Positions 51,005 to 61,510 of a stretch of 64,000 nucleotides of DNA are shown one piece after another. How positions within the stretch are numbered: the stretch's first letter is position 1; the number at the start of each line of letters is the position of its first letter. The position numbers and the translations under genes are program-made. This DNA is from a virus. Under the pieces are notes generated by a model. It was not told the DNA's origin, made no database searches, and saw only the letters and a program-made list of their open reading frames with translations. The stretch lies in IMG/VR virus record IMGVR_UViG_3300012313_000001, one strand, 5' to 3'.

Positions 51005-51373
51005 ATGGTTGACAAGGACGAGTTTTTGGCCAAGTTGCAGGACGATATGAGTGCTGTAGCAAGGAACCAGAGCGAGGGAGAGGATTTCTACCACTTCTTC
51101 TTCAATGAGAACATACCTCAGTACACTTATTCTGCGATATGGGAAGATGACAAGTATCGCGGTTGGGATTATGAGACCGTGAAGAATACTATGGTGGGTT
51201 ATGGTCAGAGCGGTGATGATCAGTACGCTGTAGTCAAGTTCTCCAAGGAAGGCGAGGAGGACATCTTTGTGAAGTTCGATGCACCTATCAAGAGTCACTA
51301 TGATGGCAATGATTTCGAGAACACAATTGATTACTCCTATCTTGTAGAATCCGCTGATGATGTTGATGACTGA
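51005..51373 (+). CDS. Paralog 6 of six-member tandem family
   Basis: YRGWDY, KFSKEGEEDIFVKF. Confidence 0.8.
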   Translation: MVDKDEFLAKLQDDMSAVARNQSEGEDFYHFFFNENIPQYTYSAIWEDDKYRGWDYETVKNTMVGYGQSGDDQYAVVKFSKEGEEDIFVKFDAPIKSHYDGNDFENTIDYSYLVESADDVDD

Positions 51374-51597
51374 TCAGTTGGATTGATCATCCAACAAAAC
51401 TTGAAATGTATGCTTGTAACCTGTGCGATTAACAATAGCAAGCATGCGTAGTTGAAAAGCAAATCGGCTGACGATCTTTATTGAATCGTCAGCCGATTTG
51501 CTTTTGCAGGAGAGGGAACCATGTCCTCTGACATGTGTTTGGTTTGGTCAGTTGAATTTCCGCCTATGTGGTAGATATTCGATATCAGCAAGGGAAG

Positions 51598-52131
51598 TTA
51601 TAATTTTTTCGCCTTATTCTGCTCATTGGTTTCTATTTTTCCTGCATCAGCGATGGAGTCAAACAGTTCTTCATATTTCTTTCTTGGATTGTAGGTAATC
51701 GTTTTATGTTTGCTTACCTTTCCATGACGGCTGATTGTCTCCAATTTTATAACATCCCTGTCAACGCTATGGATTTCTTCTAAAATAAAAAGCTTTTTAT
51801 CCCCTGTTGGAATAGGGAAGATCCAAAGAAGAACAATCAATGGAATAATTATTAGTAATGGTATTATGCCATGGAATGTCAATATTAATAAAAAAATCAT
51901 ACATGAAGGAATCAATATTTGAAATACATAACCGCCATAACCTATTTCGTTGATGAAAAAGAACTCTTTTCGTTTAAGAAGACGAGGGAATAGATAGATA
52001 GGTAATGGTAAGACAGAGGGTAATTTTTCGTTAGCATAGAAGAATTCTTCTTCGGAGGCGTCATGGTACCATTCGTTTGGGACAATAGAGTTGTATTCTT
52101 CTTGCTTATTTGAGTATTTTGAGATAGTCAT
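51598..52131 (-). CDS. Membrane protein, paralog of 27049-27771
   Basis: Two TMs and shared C-terminal motif. Confidence 0.7.
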   Translation of the reverse strand: MTISKYSNKQEEYNSIVPNEWYHDASEEEFFYANEKLPSVLPLPIYLFPRLLKRKEFFFINEIGYGGYVFQILIPSCMIFLLILTFHGIIPLLIIIPLIVLLWIFPIPTGDKKLFILEEIHSVDRDVIKLETISRHGKVSKHKTITYNPRKKYEELFDSIADAGKIETNEQNKAKKL

Positions 52132-52181
52132 TTTTCTCCATCAGTTAAGTTGTTTTCTAGGTTGGTCAATGTGCCAGTAGA

Positions 52182-52700
52182 TTACATGGTTTTCAAAGAT
52201 TCCAATGTTCTCAAAGTTGCCAGATCTCGTTTCATATTCCTGATCTCAGTTTCAAAAGAAAAGGTATTGCTTTGAGATTCCATGTAGACATTGGAATTCT
52301 GCTTGAATTCAAGAAAATTGATCTTACTCAACATTTTATTAGCATTGTTGATTACATTTTCTGCAGTACTTACACCTGATTCAAGTTTTCTGTTGTACTC
52401 TTGCTTCTCAGGGATCACAGTATCCCTCACATGATCTCTAAGAGTAATCAACTCGTCAATTGTCGCCTTTTCGTGGGTATTCAATTTCTTCATCTTGTTA
52501 ATGCGAACAGACCAGTCGTTAACCATGTCAATCAACTCTTGAACTGCTTTGCAGGACGTGTTGTAATGCAGCCCTATTTCATGCATGAAGTCCTTTGCGG
52601 GCTGCATGATCTCCTTGACCTGAGACCTCCATGCATTCAATTCATAAATGTCAAGACGTTCTAATTTCGATGAATTATGAAATGATTCTGTCTGTGTCAT
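52182..52700 (-). CDS. Coiled-coil protein, probable paralog of 27830-28447
   Basis: Similar helical layout (e.g. LIDMVNDWSVRINKM vs LNEHVEVWTITIELM). Confidence 0.7.
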   Translation of the reverse strand: MTQTESFHNSSKLERLDIYELNAWRSQVKEIMQPAKDFMHEIGLHYNTSCKAVQELIDMVNDWSVRINKMKKLNTHEKATIDELITLRDHVRDTVIPEKQEYNRKLESGVSTAENVINNANKMLSKINFLEFKQNSNVYMESQSNTFSFETEIRNMKRDLATLRTLESLKTM

Positions 52701-53056
52701 GGTCTTCCTTCTCTTTCTGAATGATGTAGCGTGTGAGCAATGTGGTTTGCTTTAATTACAGAACGCTGAAAATCCTGCCGTATATTCTATGTTAACGAAA
52801 AGATGATTCCTTCAGTCATCCAAAACGAACATGGCAGTGCATCCCTTATTGTCTTCCTCATACTGAAGCCAACCATCAGGAACATCAGGTGATGTCTTTA
52901 CACGATAGGAATGATCCCACATGGATGATTCCACATCGTGAAGATCGTAGTCAAAAACATCGCCAAAGCATTCTCCGTTAATCTAAATAGTAGTTTTTAG
53001 ATCATCCTTAAAGGATTGTCAAGTTTCCTTGACTAAGCACTTCACTGACAATGGTT

Positions 53057-54301
53057 TCACTCAGAATCGTCTGAGCCAGAGCCATCATCTCCATGCCCGT
53101 TTAGAGTCTCGCTATAACTCTGCGCGACTTTCCTCTCAATGTTGAGAGCAGCGTTCAGATCCCTATCCATCTCGTGACTACAGGCTTCACAAGAGAAAAC
53201 AGTAGCATTACGGGAAAGTTTGGCTTTCACTTCCCCGCAATTGCTACATGTCTTCGAAGAAGGATAGAATCTATCCACAAAACCCACCTGTGATCCATAC
53301 CAGGCTGACTTATACTCAATAAAACGGCGTATACGTCCGAAATTGGCATCATTCACAGATCGACCCATATTCTTTCCATGGATCATTCCGCGAACGTTCA
53401 AGTCTTCCAACCCGATCACCTTGAAATCGTCCACAACGCGACGGGACAACTTATGAGCATGATCCACACGATAATTCACGATCTTGGCATGCTGTCTCTC
53501 CAATTTTTGCTTGGTCTTCAGCCAGCGATGTGAGGCGACTTCTCCTGTCTGCCTGTTCCACTTCTCACGTCTGGACAATTCCTTGTTCAAACGACGGAGT
53601 TTTCTCACATTCCTCTCAAATGCTTTTGGATTCTCAATCACCGTGCCATCAGAGAATACTGCTGCTTTTCTGATGCCCAGATCAATTCCCACAATCTTCT
53701 TCTTGTCCCTCTTTGTCCTCTGATCCACGTACCTTAGGAAAAGATCATCAGGAACCTGCATGGTCACATTGATCTTCCATCGAGATTGCTGATACTTCAC
53801 GGTCACATTACCTATCTTCGCGTCATTGTGAAGCAACCATGAAAGTTTCTTGGCATTCTCGTGCAGGCGAATCTTCCCAATTCTAGGAAGGGTGAAGTGA
53901 CGGTTGTCGTCAAGCCTTCTCACCCCTGTTGTAAAAATGATGCCTTCGGTATCAGAATAGGGTGATTTCTTCTTGTATTTCGGAGCTCTAGAGCGTCCAT
54001 CAAAAAAGTTCTGAAATGCTCTTGCAGCATTCATTGCACCCGTAGAGTAGGCTTCTTTGGAGTTCTCATTCCACCATGGGTACTTCTCCTCCTTGATTTT
54101 ATTGAAGCGCTTTCGAATGGCGTAGTGATTCGCCTTGAGGTATTCCGCTTCCTCTCCCTTCTTGACAGCATCCCAATTCTGATAGATCTCATAAAGTGCA
54201 TGATTGTAAGTGAGACGGACTGCTCCTGCGTGGGATCGCAGAGCCTGCTCTTGATTCTCTGTAGGGTCAAGAGCATACTGGAGCATCAATGTTTGAGTCA
54301 C
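53057..54301 (-). CDS. tnpB: TnpB RNA-guided nuclease family
   Basis: GIDLG, GLEDL, CSNC/CEAC zinc finger, DRDLNAALNI. Confidence 0.95.
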   Translation of the reverse strand: MTQTLMLQYALDPTENQEQALRSHAGAVRLTYNHALYEIYQNWDAVKKGEEAEYLKANHYAIRKRFNKIKEEKYPWWNENSKEAYSTGAMNAARAFQNFFDGRSRAPKYKKKSPYSDTEGIIFTTGVRRLDDNRHFTLPRIGKIRLHENAKKLSWLLHNDAKIGNVTVKYQQSRWKINVTMQVPDDLFLRYVDQRTKRDKKKIVGIDLGIRKAAVFSDGTVIENPKAFERNVRKLRRLNKELSRREKWNRQTGEVASHRWLKTKQKLERQHAKIVNYRVDHAHKLSRRVVDDFKVIGLEDLNVRGMIHGKNMGRSVNDANFGRIRRFIEYKSAWYGSQVGFVDRFYPSSKTCSNCGEVKAKLSRNATVFSCEACSHEMDRDLNAALNIERKVAQSYSETLNGHGDDGSGSDDSE

Positions 54302-54882
54302 TGCAACTCCTTCATTGCTCTTTGTGCTCTATTTTCTGCACTTCTTCTTCCGTGAATTTTTGAAGCATATGAAGTCATGATACTGATGATGTCTTCTACA
54401 ATGCTTTCTTCTGTATCCTGTTCATGCATGTAGATGATCTTTCTGTCTTGTGCCTTGAGGGCACTCTGTATCATATTTACATTATGTCTTCCTATCCTGT
54501 CTTTTCTTTCGGCCAGAATAGTTTTGACGGAGGGATCTTCGAGAACTTTAGAGAGTATCTTCCTATTCTCATTAAGCCCACTGGATATCTCTTTGTGTAT
54601 GTGAGTCACTTTCAGGGATTTTTCTACAGCATACTCAAGGAGTCGAGATACTTGACGATCAAGATCGTCTTTCTGGTCGTGAGAACTCACTCTTGCGTAG
54701 ATGACACAGGAATCCTGTGGAGGTGTTGGAGCATCGTCTTCGACTTCCACGAGGATAGTTCTTGCGCCTACTTTCTCAGCTTTTGCACCAAGAGTGCCGT
54801 TGCGGTACCATGCGTATGCTGTCTTGGGATGTACTCCGTTGAGTTTGGCCCATTCTGATAGTTTGATTCTTTTCATACTCAA
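54298..54882 (-). CDS. tnpA: IS607 TnpA serine recombinase
   Basis: KLSEWAK..TAYAWY HTH; YARVSSHDQKDDLDRQ; SGLN. Confidence 0.95.
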   Translation of the reverse strand: MSMKRIKLSEWAKLNGVHPKTAYAWYRNGTLGAKAEKVGARTILVEVEDDAPTPPQDSCVIYARVSSHDQKDDLDRQVSRLLEYAVEKSLKVTHIHKEISSGLNENRKILSKVLEDPSVKTILAERKDRIGRHNVNMIQSALKAQDRKIIYMHEQDTEESIVEDIISIMTSYASKIHGRRSAENRAQRAMKELQ

Positions 54883-54893
54883 TTATATCAAAA

Positions 54894-55052
54894 CTACTCT
54901 ATACTACTATTGTATTTTACAGTTACCAACCCTTGTTCGATCAGTTTATTGACTACTGCTTTCTTGAGATTTCTGTTCTTTCTTCGCCTCTCCGCTGCAG
55001 CACGTTTTTGTGCCTCTGTAGGTTTACAATGCCTTAACCCTGCTCTACACAT
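54894..55052 (-). pseudogene. Fourth MCRAGLRHCKP-leader gene, interrupted by IS607
   Basis: Reads MCRAGLRHCKPTEAQKRAAAERRRKNRNLKKAVVNKLIEQG, then runs into the IS left end. Confidence 0.8.
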
Positions 55053-56854
55053 CAAGCATCACCTTTTCCATCATCAAGTAAGTCTTCATCCATCAAGTAA
55101 ACATGCAAAGCACCATCATAATCTAAATGCTTTTTCACAACGATAAAATCAGTATCAGGAGCAATCAGTACTTCTCTTTCCTTTGGCAAGCCTATCGTTG
55201 TCACTGCAGCGCCTTTAGTAGTATGATAATAGAAGTACACATCATCTTCCCTGTTTCCCTTGAAATAACCGTTATAATCAGCCGTAGTTGAAGTCAATCG
55301 CGTTGTATGCAGACGTGATCCTACTGGCAATGCTTCAGAGAATGTCTCATTGTTGAAACCATAAGGAGCCATCATCGTCCTTCTCAAATACCTTGGCTTA
55401 TCCCTGCCTTTTTCAAATTCCTTGATAGATTTGATGGCTTCAGGAATATTATGAGACGTATACTCTGGATTTTCCACAGGTTTATAATAAATATTCTTTG
55501 ACACATCAATGAAGTATGTATACTGCGATCCTGTATAATCGCTAATAGTCTCTGCTATATCTGGATGAATACCAGATACAAATTGCTCAGACTCTTCACG
55601 ATCATTGATTTCTTCTTCGTATCCCTTAAACTTTCCTTCAATGTGTTCTTGATTGATCTCTTTCAGGTTATCATCATCAACTTGAATTCCACCAGAGAAC
55701 AGCCTGAAATCATGAGGCTGCATGCTATCTGGTCGATACCTTGAGAAAGCCTCCAACTTCTTGTTACGTGAATAATAATGACCTGATGCAACAATTTCAT
55801 CTGCCATAAGGACATGCGCATTGTCTCTTGATCCTGAGATGATATCCAACGCGCTTTCTGCATCGTCAGGATCATGCAACGTAAAATCTGCAGGTGTCAA
55901 CTGTGTCATGATGGTTTTCATCTGATTGTCGTGGGAACCTATCTCCAACATTCCATATACATAAGATGTACAATGGTCGTCAGCATCAGCACACCCTATA
56001 TTGGTGAACGCAAGCTCACCATTATTCAACCTATATGCAACAGAATCCATCACTTCATCGTCCTCATCCTTGAAAATGAAATGATATGTCCTATCTCCGA
56101 TAGGCGTGAAATACGAATTGTAATATGAATGGTTGTATACGTTGATTCCTGCAGATTCCATTGCTTGAGAAATTTCTTCTTGGGAAAAAGTCGAATCTTC
56201 TTCAGTGCTCTTGTAATCAGAGAAGTATGTCTGTCTCAGCAATGAAGTATCATTGAACTTATCCAGAACCAATCTTTTTACTTCTTCTATACCATAATAA
56301 CCTGATGCAACGTATGCTTGTTCAACTGCATTCCTCCATGATTTGAGGTTGTCATCATTGTCTTCAGAGAGCACCCATTTGGATTGAGAAAAGATATGAT
56401 CAGTGACATGATTATGAGATGGATCAAGGATATTATCGGAGTTTTTCACCAGTTCATTGAGATCGCTGATAATACCTTCTTTAATCCTCTGCTTTTCTGT
56501 CAAGAGTTCTTCTTCTGTCAACGTGTGGTCATCTGAAATTCCATATTGACCATACTGATAAGCAATAGGTTTGCTAGGATGCATGGAAACAGCATCAGAA
56601 AGATTTTTCGTCGTGTGTGCATTATCAGGAAGATCGTTGATGGATGAGATTCCTTGAATGTTCTCATTCAATAAGTACTCTTTGGTTTTTGTAGGCGACA
56701 TGGCAGAAACTGTGTCCGCAATGTCGTCCCTCCCTTGATTCCTGAGTTCTTCCACAGTTGCTTTATGAGCATGCCTGTTCTTCTTACGCCTCTCTGCAGC
56801 AGCACGTTTTTGTGCCTCCGTGGGCTTACAATGCCTTAATCCTGCTCTACACAT
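55052..56854 (-). CDS. ADP-ribosyltransferase (R-S-E clade) domain protein, copy 3
   Basis: C-terminal YLRRT, LTSTT and EREVLI motifs. Confidence 0.8.
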   Translation of the reverse strand: MCRAGLRHCKPTEAQKRAAAERRKKNRHAHKATVEELRNQGRDDIADTVSAMSPTKTKEYLLNENIQGISSINDLPDNAHTTKNLSDAVSMHPSKPIAYQYGQYGISDDHTLTEEELLTEKQRIKEGIISDLNELVKNSDNILDPSHNHVTDHIFSQSKWVLSEDNDDNLKSWRNAVEQAYVASGYYGIEEVKRLVLDKFNDTSLLRQTYFSDYKSTEEDSTFSQEEISQAMESAGINVYNHSYYNSYFTPIGDRTYHFIFKDEDDEVMDSVAYRLNNGELAFTNIGCADADDHCTSYVYGMLEIGSHDNQMKTIMTQLTPADFTLHDPDDAESALDIISGSRDNAHVLMADEIVASGHYYSRNKKLEAFSRYRPDSMQPHDFRLFSGGIQVDDDNLKEINQEHIEGKFKGYEEEINDREESEQFVSGIHPDIAETISDYTGSQYTYFIDVSKNIYYKPVENPEYTSHNIPEAIKSIKEFEKGRDKPRYLRRTMMAPYGFNNETFSEALPVGSRLHTTRLTSTTADYNGYFKGNREDDVYFYYHTTKGAAVTTIGLPKEREVLIAPDTDFIVVKKHLDYDGALHVYLMDEDLLDDGKGDA

Positions 56855-58659
56855 CACGCATCACCTTTTCCATCATCAAGTAAGTCTTCATCCATCAAGT
56901 AAATATGAAGATGATCATTTTCTATTTCATTTCCAACCACGACGAACTCATCATTGGCACTGATGATAACTTCTCTCTCATCCTTAAATCCTACCTTCGT
57001 CACGGCAGCGCCATTCTTCGTATGATAATGGAAAATCACGTTGTCTCTGTAATTACCCTTGAAGTTAGAATTGTATGCAGCAGTTGTTGATGTCAATCGT
57101 GTCGTGTGGAGTTTAGACCCTACAGGCATGCTGTCAGAGAACGATTGAATATTCATGCCATATGGAGGCATTACAGTTCTTCTCAAATAACGAGGTTCTT
57201 TGTTGTTTGATTCGAAAATCTTGATCTCTTCAGATGTCTTCATGATGCCTTTTTCAAGTATACTATTGTAACCACTGTAATCCATGCTTACTGGTATTCC
57301 TTTGGATGCTTTGATGTGCTCAATATAGTCATTTGATACATAACCTCTTACATTAATACGCACTTCATTGCTCATGGATTCGTAGAATCTTTCTGATTCT
57401 TTAAAGTCATCTATTTCTTTAACTTCAACATTCTTAAAGAATGTATTCGTTGTATCCTTCGGAACATCAATCATGTTTTCTTTGTCTACTTGCATTCCTG
57501 CAGAAAACAACCTGAAGTCATCAACAGTCTTTTTGAACGGAATATACCCCTTATAATAAGAAGGAAGGTATTCTCCGTCATAGTAGTTAGCAGCAGCATG
57601 CAATTCCTCTGCAAGAGTTTCCATTTCCGGTGTATCCTCATATGCAGATGAGTTATTTATAGTTGTAAATAATTTATATGTTTGTTTTGACAATACAAAT
57701 CCTGCGTACATTTTAAAGACCAGTTGATTAGTTTGTTCTCTATTGCCAACTTCATCAAGAGCACCATATATGTAAGGAAATTCAGATGGAATAGATTTCA
57801 CATCCAATTCAAGAAAATCACCAGAAATCACTATGTTATCTTGATTATCAATATGAGCAATACTCATGAATGATTCATTGTCTGATTTGTACATTAGAGC
57901 ATAAGTGTTATTCCCAATAGGATGATAAGTGATCTTGTCAATGTCGTTATTCAAAAAATGTTTATTTATGTCATCAATATGGCTTTCATTGAAAGGAGAA
58001 CCTTCTGATGAGGCACCCATCATCTCAGAGTAAGCAAATGATCTCTTATTCGCTGGATTATTGGAGATTTCACTTATCCTTGCGATAAGATCTTCTTTTT
58101 CCATGAAATCATCACCACGACAAACTTCTCTGGATATATTAAGCCATTCATCGTGCCTTTCGCACTGATCGCCTGAAATATCCAGCCATCTCGCTTGTGC
58201 AAGAACGTGATCAGTCACATGTATATTCTCATAGCTTAAAATGATATTTTCGCCCTCGGATCGAGAGATGCTACCCAGATCCCTGATAACACCGTCCCTA
58301 ATCTTCGGTTGAATCTCATCAAACTCCTCATCTGTATAGACAACATCATCATCAAAACCATACCCACCATAAGTAATAGTTTCTTTAGCGTTCTCCAACA
58401 CAGACGGAGACAGCCTTTTCTGTGTACGATCAGGGAGATCATTGAAACCACTGATTTCTGTCAAGTTCCTCACTTCCAGAAATTCTTTCAATTTTAAAGG
58501 AGAAAGAGCAATCGCCTGATCAGCAATGTCATCCTTGCCATCTTTCCTCAAAGCCTCAATGACTGCTTTATGAGCATGCCTGTTCTTCTTACGTCTCTCT
58601 GCAGCAGCACGTTTTTGTGCCTCTGTAGGTTTACAATGCCTTAACCCTGCTCTACACAT
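56854..58659 (-). CDS. ADP-ribosyltransferase domain protein, copy 2
   Basis: YLRRT, LTSTT, EREVII. Confidence 0.8.
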   Translation of the reverse strand: MCRAGLRHCKPTEAQKRAAAERRKKNRHAHKAVIEALRKDGKDDIADQAIALSPLKLKEFLEVRNLTEISGFNDLPDRTQKRLSPSVLENAKETITYGGYGFDDDVVYTDEEFDEIQPKIRDGVIRDLGSISRSEGENIILSYENIHVTDHVLAQARWLDISGDQCERHDEWLNISREVCRGDDFMEKEDLIARISEISNNPANKRSFAYSEMMGASSEGSPFNESHIDDINKHFLNNDIDKITYHPIGNNTYALMYKSDNESFMSIAHIDNQDNIVISGDFLELDVKSIPSEFPYIYGALDEVGNREQTNQLVFKMYAGFVLSKQTYKLFTTINNSSAYEDTPEMETLAEELHAAANYYDGEYLPSYYKGYIPFKKTVDDFRLFSAGMQVDKENMIDVPKDTTNTFFKNVEVKEIDDFKESERFYESMSNEVRINVRGYVSNDYIEHIKASKGIPVSMDYSGYNSILEKGIMKTSEEIKIFESNNKEPRYLRRTVMPPYGMNIQSFSDSMPVGSKLHTTRLTSTTAAYNSNFKGNYRDNVIFHYHTKNGAAVTKVGFKDEREVIISANDEFVVVGNEIENDHLHIYLMDEDLLDDGKGDA

Positions 58660-58689
58660 CTGATACTCCTCCTTTTCCTACTATCGAAA

Positions 58690-60525
58690 TCATGATGTTT
58701 CCTTCACCATATCTTCATCCATCAAATAAATATGCAGGTCATTGCCCTTCATATCATTCCCTACAACCACAAACTCACTATTGACTCCAATAAGAACTTC
58801 TCTTTCATGGTCAAGACCTATCTTCGTCACCGCAGCACCCTGTTTTGTCTTATAGTGAAAAATTACATTGTCATCTCTATGCGCCTTAAAGCCAGAATTG
58901 TAGGCAGCAGTTGTCGATGTTAATCGTGTCGTATTCAACTTTGAACCTACAGGCAAAGACTCTGCAAAAGACTTCTGACTCATTCCAAAAGGCGGCATGA
59001 TCGTCCTTCTCAAATACTTCGTTGTAGGATTTGCTTTTGCATAGTAATGAATACTCCTTGATGCCTCGTGAACTTGACTGACCGCATAGCGATCATAATT
59101 TGAAATATTACCTACTAACGGAATCCCCTTAGACACATTGATAAAGTTCGTATAGCCAGAACCAGTGTAATTCTCAATAGCTAAAACAGTTTTATTAGAC
59201 AAAAGATCCTCATTGCTATTTTTCACAACATAATCAAAGAATTTCTTAGATTCCTCATAATCATCGATCTCTTGGATATCTCCATTCTCAGGGAATTGCT
59301 TCTTCTTCACGTCATCACTAATCTTCATCTTTTCATCATCATTCACCTGCATTCCTGCAGAGAACAGCCTGAAATCATCAACAGTTGGCTTCTCTGGTAA
59401 ATAGTTTTCATAATATTCAGGGAACTGATCATTGTAATAATTGTGAGAAGCATACAGTTCGTAAGTAAGATTCTTTTGACTTAGAGAATGTTCTGAATAT
59501 ACGGAAGATTTAAAGAACATACTTTTGAAAACACTGATGTCATGAAGGGAAAAAGCCGACGACAAGGAATCAGATGATTGCTCATTCATGAAAATATCCC
59601 TTTGTTTCTTCGACCCCAGATTGTCCATGAGACCATGGTAATAGCAAACTTCTTTCGCGCGTGATAATTTCATAAGATTTTTATGCAATTTCAAATCTCC
59701 ACCTGAATTCATATGCGCTAGGGACATCTCATTACTACGATCTGTATCCTTATACATCACTATGTAGGAATTATCCCCAATAGGATGGTAACCTAGATCA
59801 TCTATATTTTCAGTATTGAATTTGTCTTTGATTTGATCCTGATGTTCTTCAGTAAAAGGTTTTCCATCAGAAGTGATCGACAATAGATCTTCAGCAGAAA
59901 AAGAGCGCGCATTGGAATCATCGGATTCGATCATCTTAAGCCTCTCTATCATCTGTAAAATAGTCTGCTCACCTTCGATGCTGATTCCTTCTGAGGCTAT
60001 GCGTTCCCAGAATTCGATCTTTTCTTTGTCTGTTACACCATCATTTTTCAGCCATCGTGTTTGAGAGAAGATATGATCAGTAACGTCGTTATTTTCAGGG
60101 CTGAGGATGATCACATCTTTTCTTTCATTCTTCAGTTTTCTTAGATCCCTGATGATCCCATCTCTGATCTCTTTACGATGTTGCTCAATCTCATCATCCG
60201 TATACGTCATACCATCATGCATCCCATAACCACCATATGAGATGGGGTTGTCAGCACCAGCAATCACAAACGTGGACAATCTCTTCTTCTGTGTGTCTGG
60301 CAATTCTGAGAATCCATCAACATCTGTCAATTCAAGAGAAATCAAATGCTCTTTGGCTTGAGAGGGAGACATAGAGGAGAGTTTTTCGGCAAGTTCTTCT
60401 TCACCAATGTCGGCTAGATCACTCAGCACCTTCTTGAGAGCATGCCTGTTCTTCTTACGCCTCTCTGCAGCAGCACGTTTTTGTGCTTCTGTAGGTTTAC
60501 AATGCCTTAACCCTGCTCTACACAT
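58690..60525 (-). CDS. ADP-ribosyltransferase domain protein, copy 1
   Basis: YTGSGY..IN, YLRRT, LTSTT, EREVLI. Confidence 0.8.
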   Translation of the reverse strand: MCRAGLRHCKPTEAQKRAAAERRKKNRHALKKVLSDLADIGEEELAEKLSSMSPSQAKEHLISLELTDVDGFSELPDTQKKRLSTFVIAGADNPISYGGYGMHDGMTYTDDEIEQHRKEIRDGIIRDLRKLKNERKDVIILSPENNDVTDHIFSQTRWLKNDGVTDKEKIEFWERIASEGISIEGEQTILQMIERLKMIESDDSNARSFSAEDLLSITSDGKPFTEEHQDQIKDKFNTENIDDLGYHPIGDNSYIVMYKDTDRSNEMSLAHMNSGGDLKLHKNLMKLSRAKEVCYYHGLMDNLGSKKQRDIFMNEQSSDSLSSAFSLHDISVFKSMFFKSSVYSEHSLSQKNLTYELYASHNYYNDQFPEYYENYLPEKPTVDDFRLFSAGMQVNDDEKMKISDDVKKKQFPENGDIQEIDDYEESKKFFDYVVKNSNEDLLSNKTVLAIENYTGSGYTNFINVSKGIPLVGNISNYDRYAVSQVHEASRSIHYYAKANPTTKYLRRTIMPPFGMSQKSFAESLPVGSKLNTTRLTSTTAAYNSGFKAHRDDNVIFHYKTKQGAAVTKIGLDHEREVLIGVNSEFVVVGNDMKGNDLHIYLMDEDMVKETS

Positions 60526-60709
60526 GAGTAATCTTTTCCCCCTGAACGTGCTTTCAACTGATGAGAATATCTCTAAAATGACACGTCCCCACAAGCACAT
60601 ACATGAGAAGAAAAACACGGAAAAAGAAATTTTCTCGTAGTTGACATTCTTGATGACACCATGTAGCCTTCTTTACAACAACAGTCAAACGACTAAGAAA
60701 GAAGAGATC

Positions 60710-61495
60710 ATGCATCAGTACCACAATATTTACAATCTTACTCAGGCCAAGGGATACTCATCCTCATCTGTTGGTGCCTCCCGAAGCATCAAGGGTCAGG
60801 CATACAGCGCTTCCAGCGCTGCCACTCTTCTCCTTCTTCTGAAGAATGATTGGAAGGGTCAGCAGGTCGCTGTCGTTGGTGATAAGGCAGAGAAGATTGA
60901 CCTGAAGAAGAAGGGCAATGTTGACCTCTGCCTTCCTGCATCTAAGTACAATGATGTCCTTGCTGACAAGAGTGATCGACGTATCTCCAACATGGGCGGT
61001 TATGCTCGCAAGGTGATTGAGAACACTATGGGATGGGATATTGCCCGCAAGGACAACCCTTACTTCGAATCCTTCGTCACCAATGAGCAGATCCGACCTG
61101 AAGGCTATGCTAAGAGCGTTGACAAGGGGCACATCGTTGCTATCAACCATGATAAGAAGCAATTCGTTGACGCCCGCTCTTTCGGCTCCTACGGAGACAT
61201 TGAGAACGTCACACGTGATGCTGGTGTTGCTGGCATGGGAACTGCACTGTACTACCTCCTTGCAGGCTCCAACGGAAGGGTTGAAGGTGAACTGACACCC
61301 CACAAGGTCATTGGTACATGGAATGGCGATCACATCAGCGTGATTGACCTCAAGGAAGAGAAGTATGACCTCAATGAGTACACGGACATCTCCGTTGACG
61401 TAAGGAATGCCATGAAGTCTGACACAAAGGACTGGCTCAATTTCCGTACTGTCAACAAGAAGGGCGTGAAGGCAATCATCAAGTACGCCAAGTGA
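60710..61495 (+). CDS. Hypothetical phage protein with internal duplication
   Basis: NLTQAKGY..DWKGQQVAVVGD and NHDKKQF..TWNGDHISVID halves. Confidence 0.7.
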   Translation: MHQYHNIYNLTQAKGYSSSSVGASRSIKGQAYSASSAATLLLLLKNDWKGQQVAVVGDKAEKIDLKKKGNVDLCLPASKYNDVLADKSDRRISNMGGYARKVIENTMGWDIARKDNPYFESFVTNEQIRPEGYAKSVDKGHIVAINHDKKQFVDARSFGSYGDIENVTRDAGVAGMGTALYYLLAGSNGRVEGELTPHKVIGTWNGDHISVIDLKEEKYDLNEYTDISVDVRNAMKSDTKDWLNFRTVNKKGVKAIIKYAK

Positions 61496-61510
61496 TCCGT
61501 TGATTGAAAC

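Larger units (their letters stand above)
52975..54932 (-). mobile_element. IS607-family element 2
   Basis: tnpA/tnpB with ATGA overlap; right end reads ..TAACGG on the minus strand; GG dinucleotides at 54926-27 and 54931-32 are left-end candidates. Confidence 0.85.

Noticed and set aside
54883..54932. IStron (group I intron fused to IS607)
   Set aside because: Only about 50 bp separate the left end from tnpA, too short for an intron core
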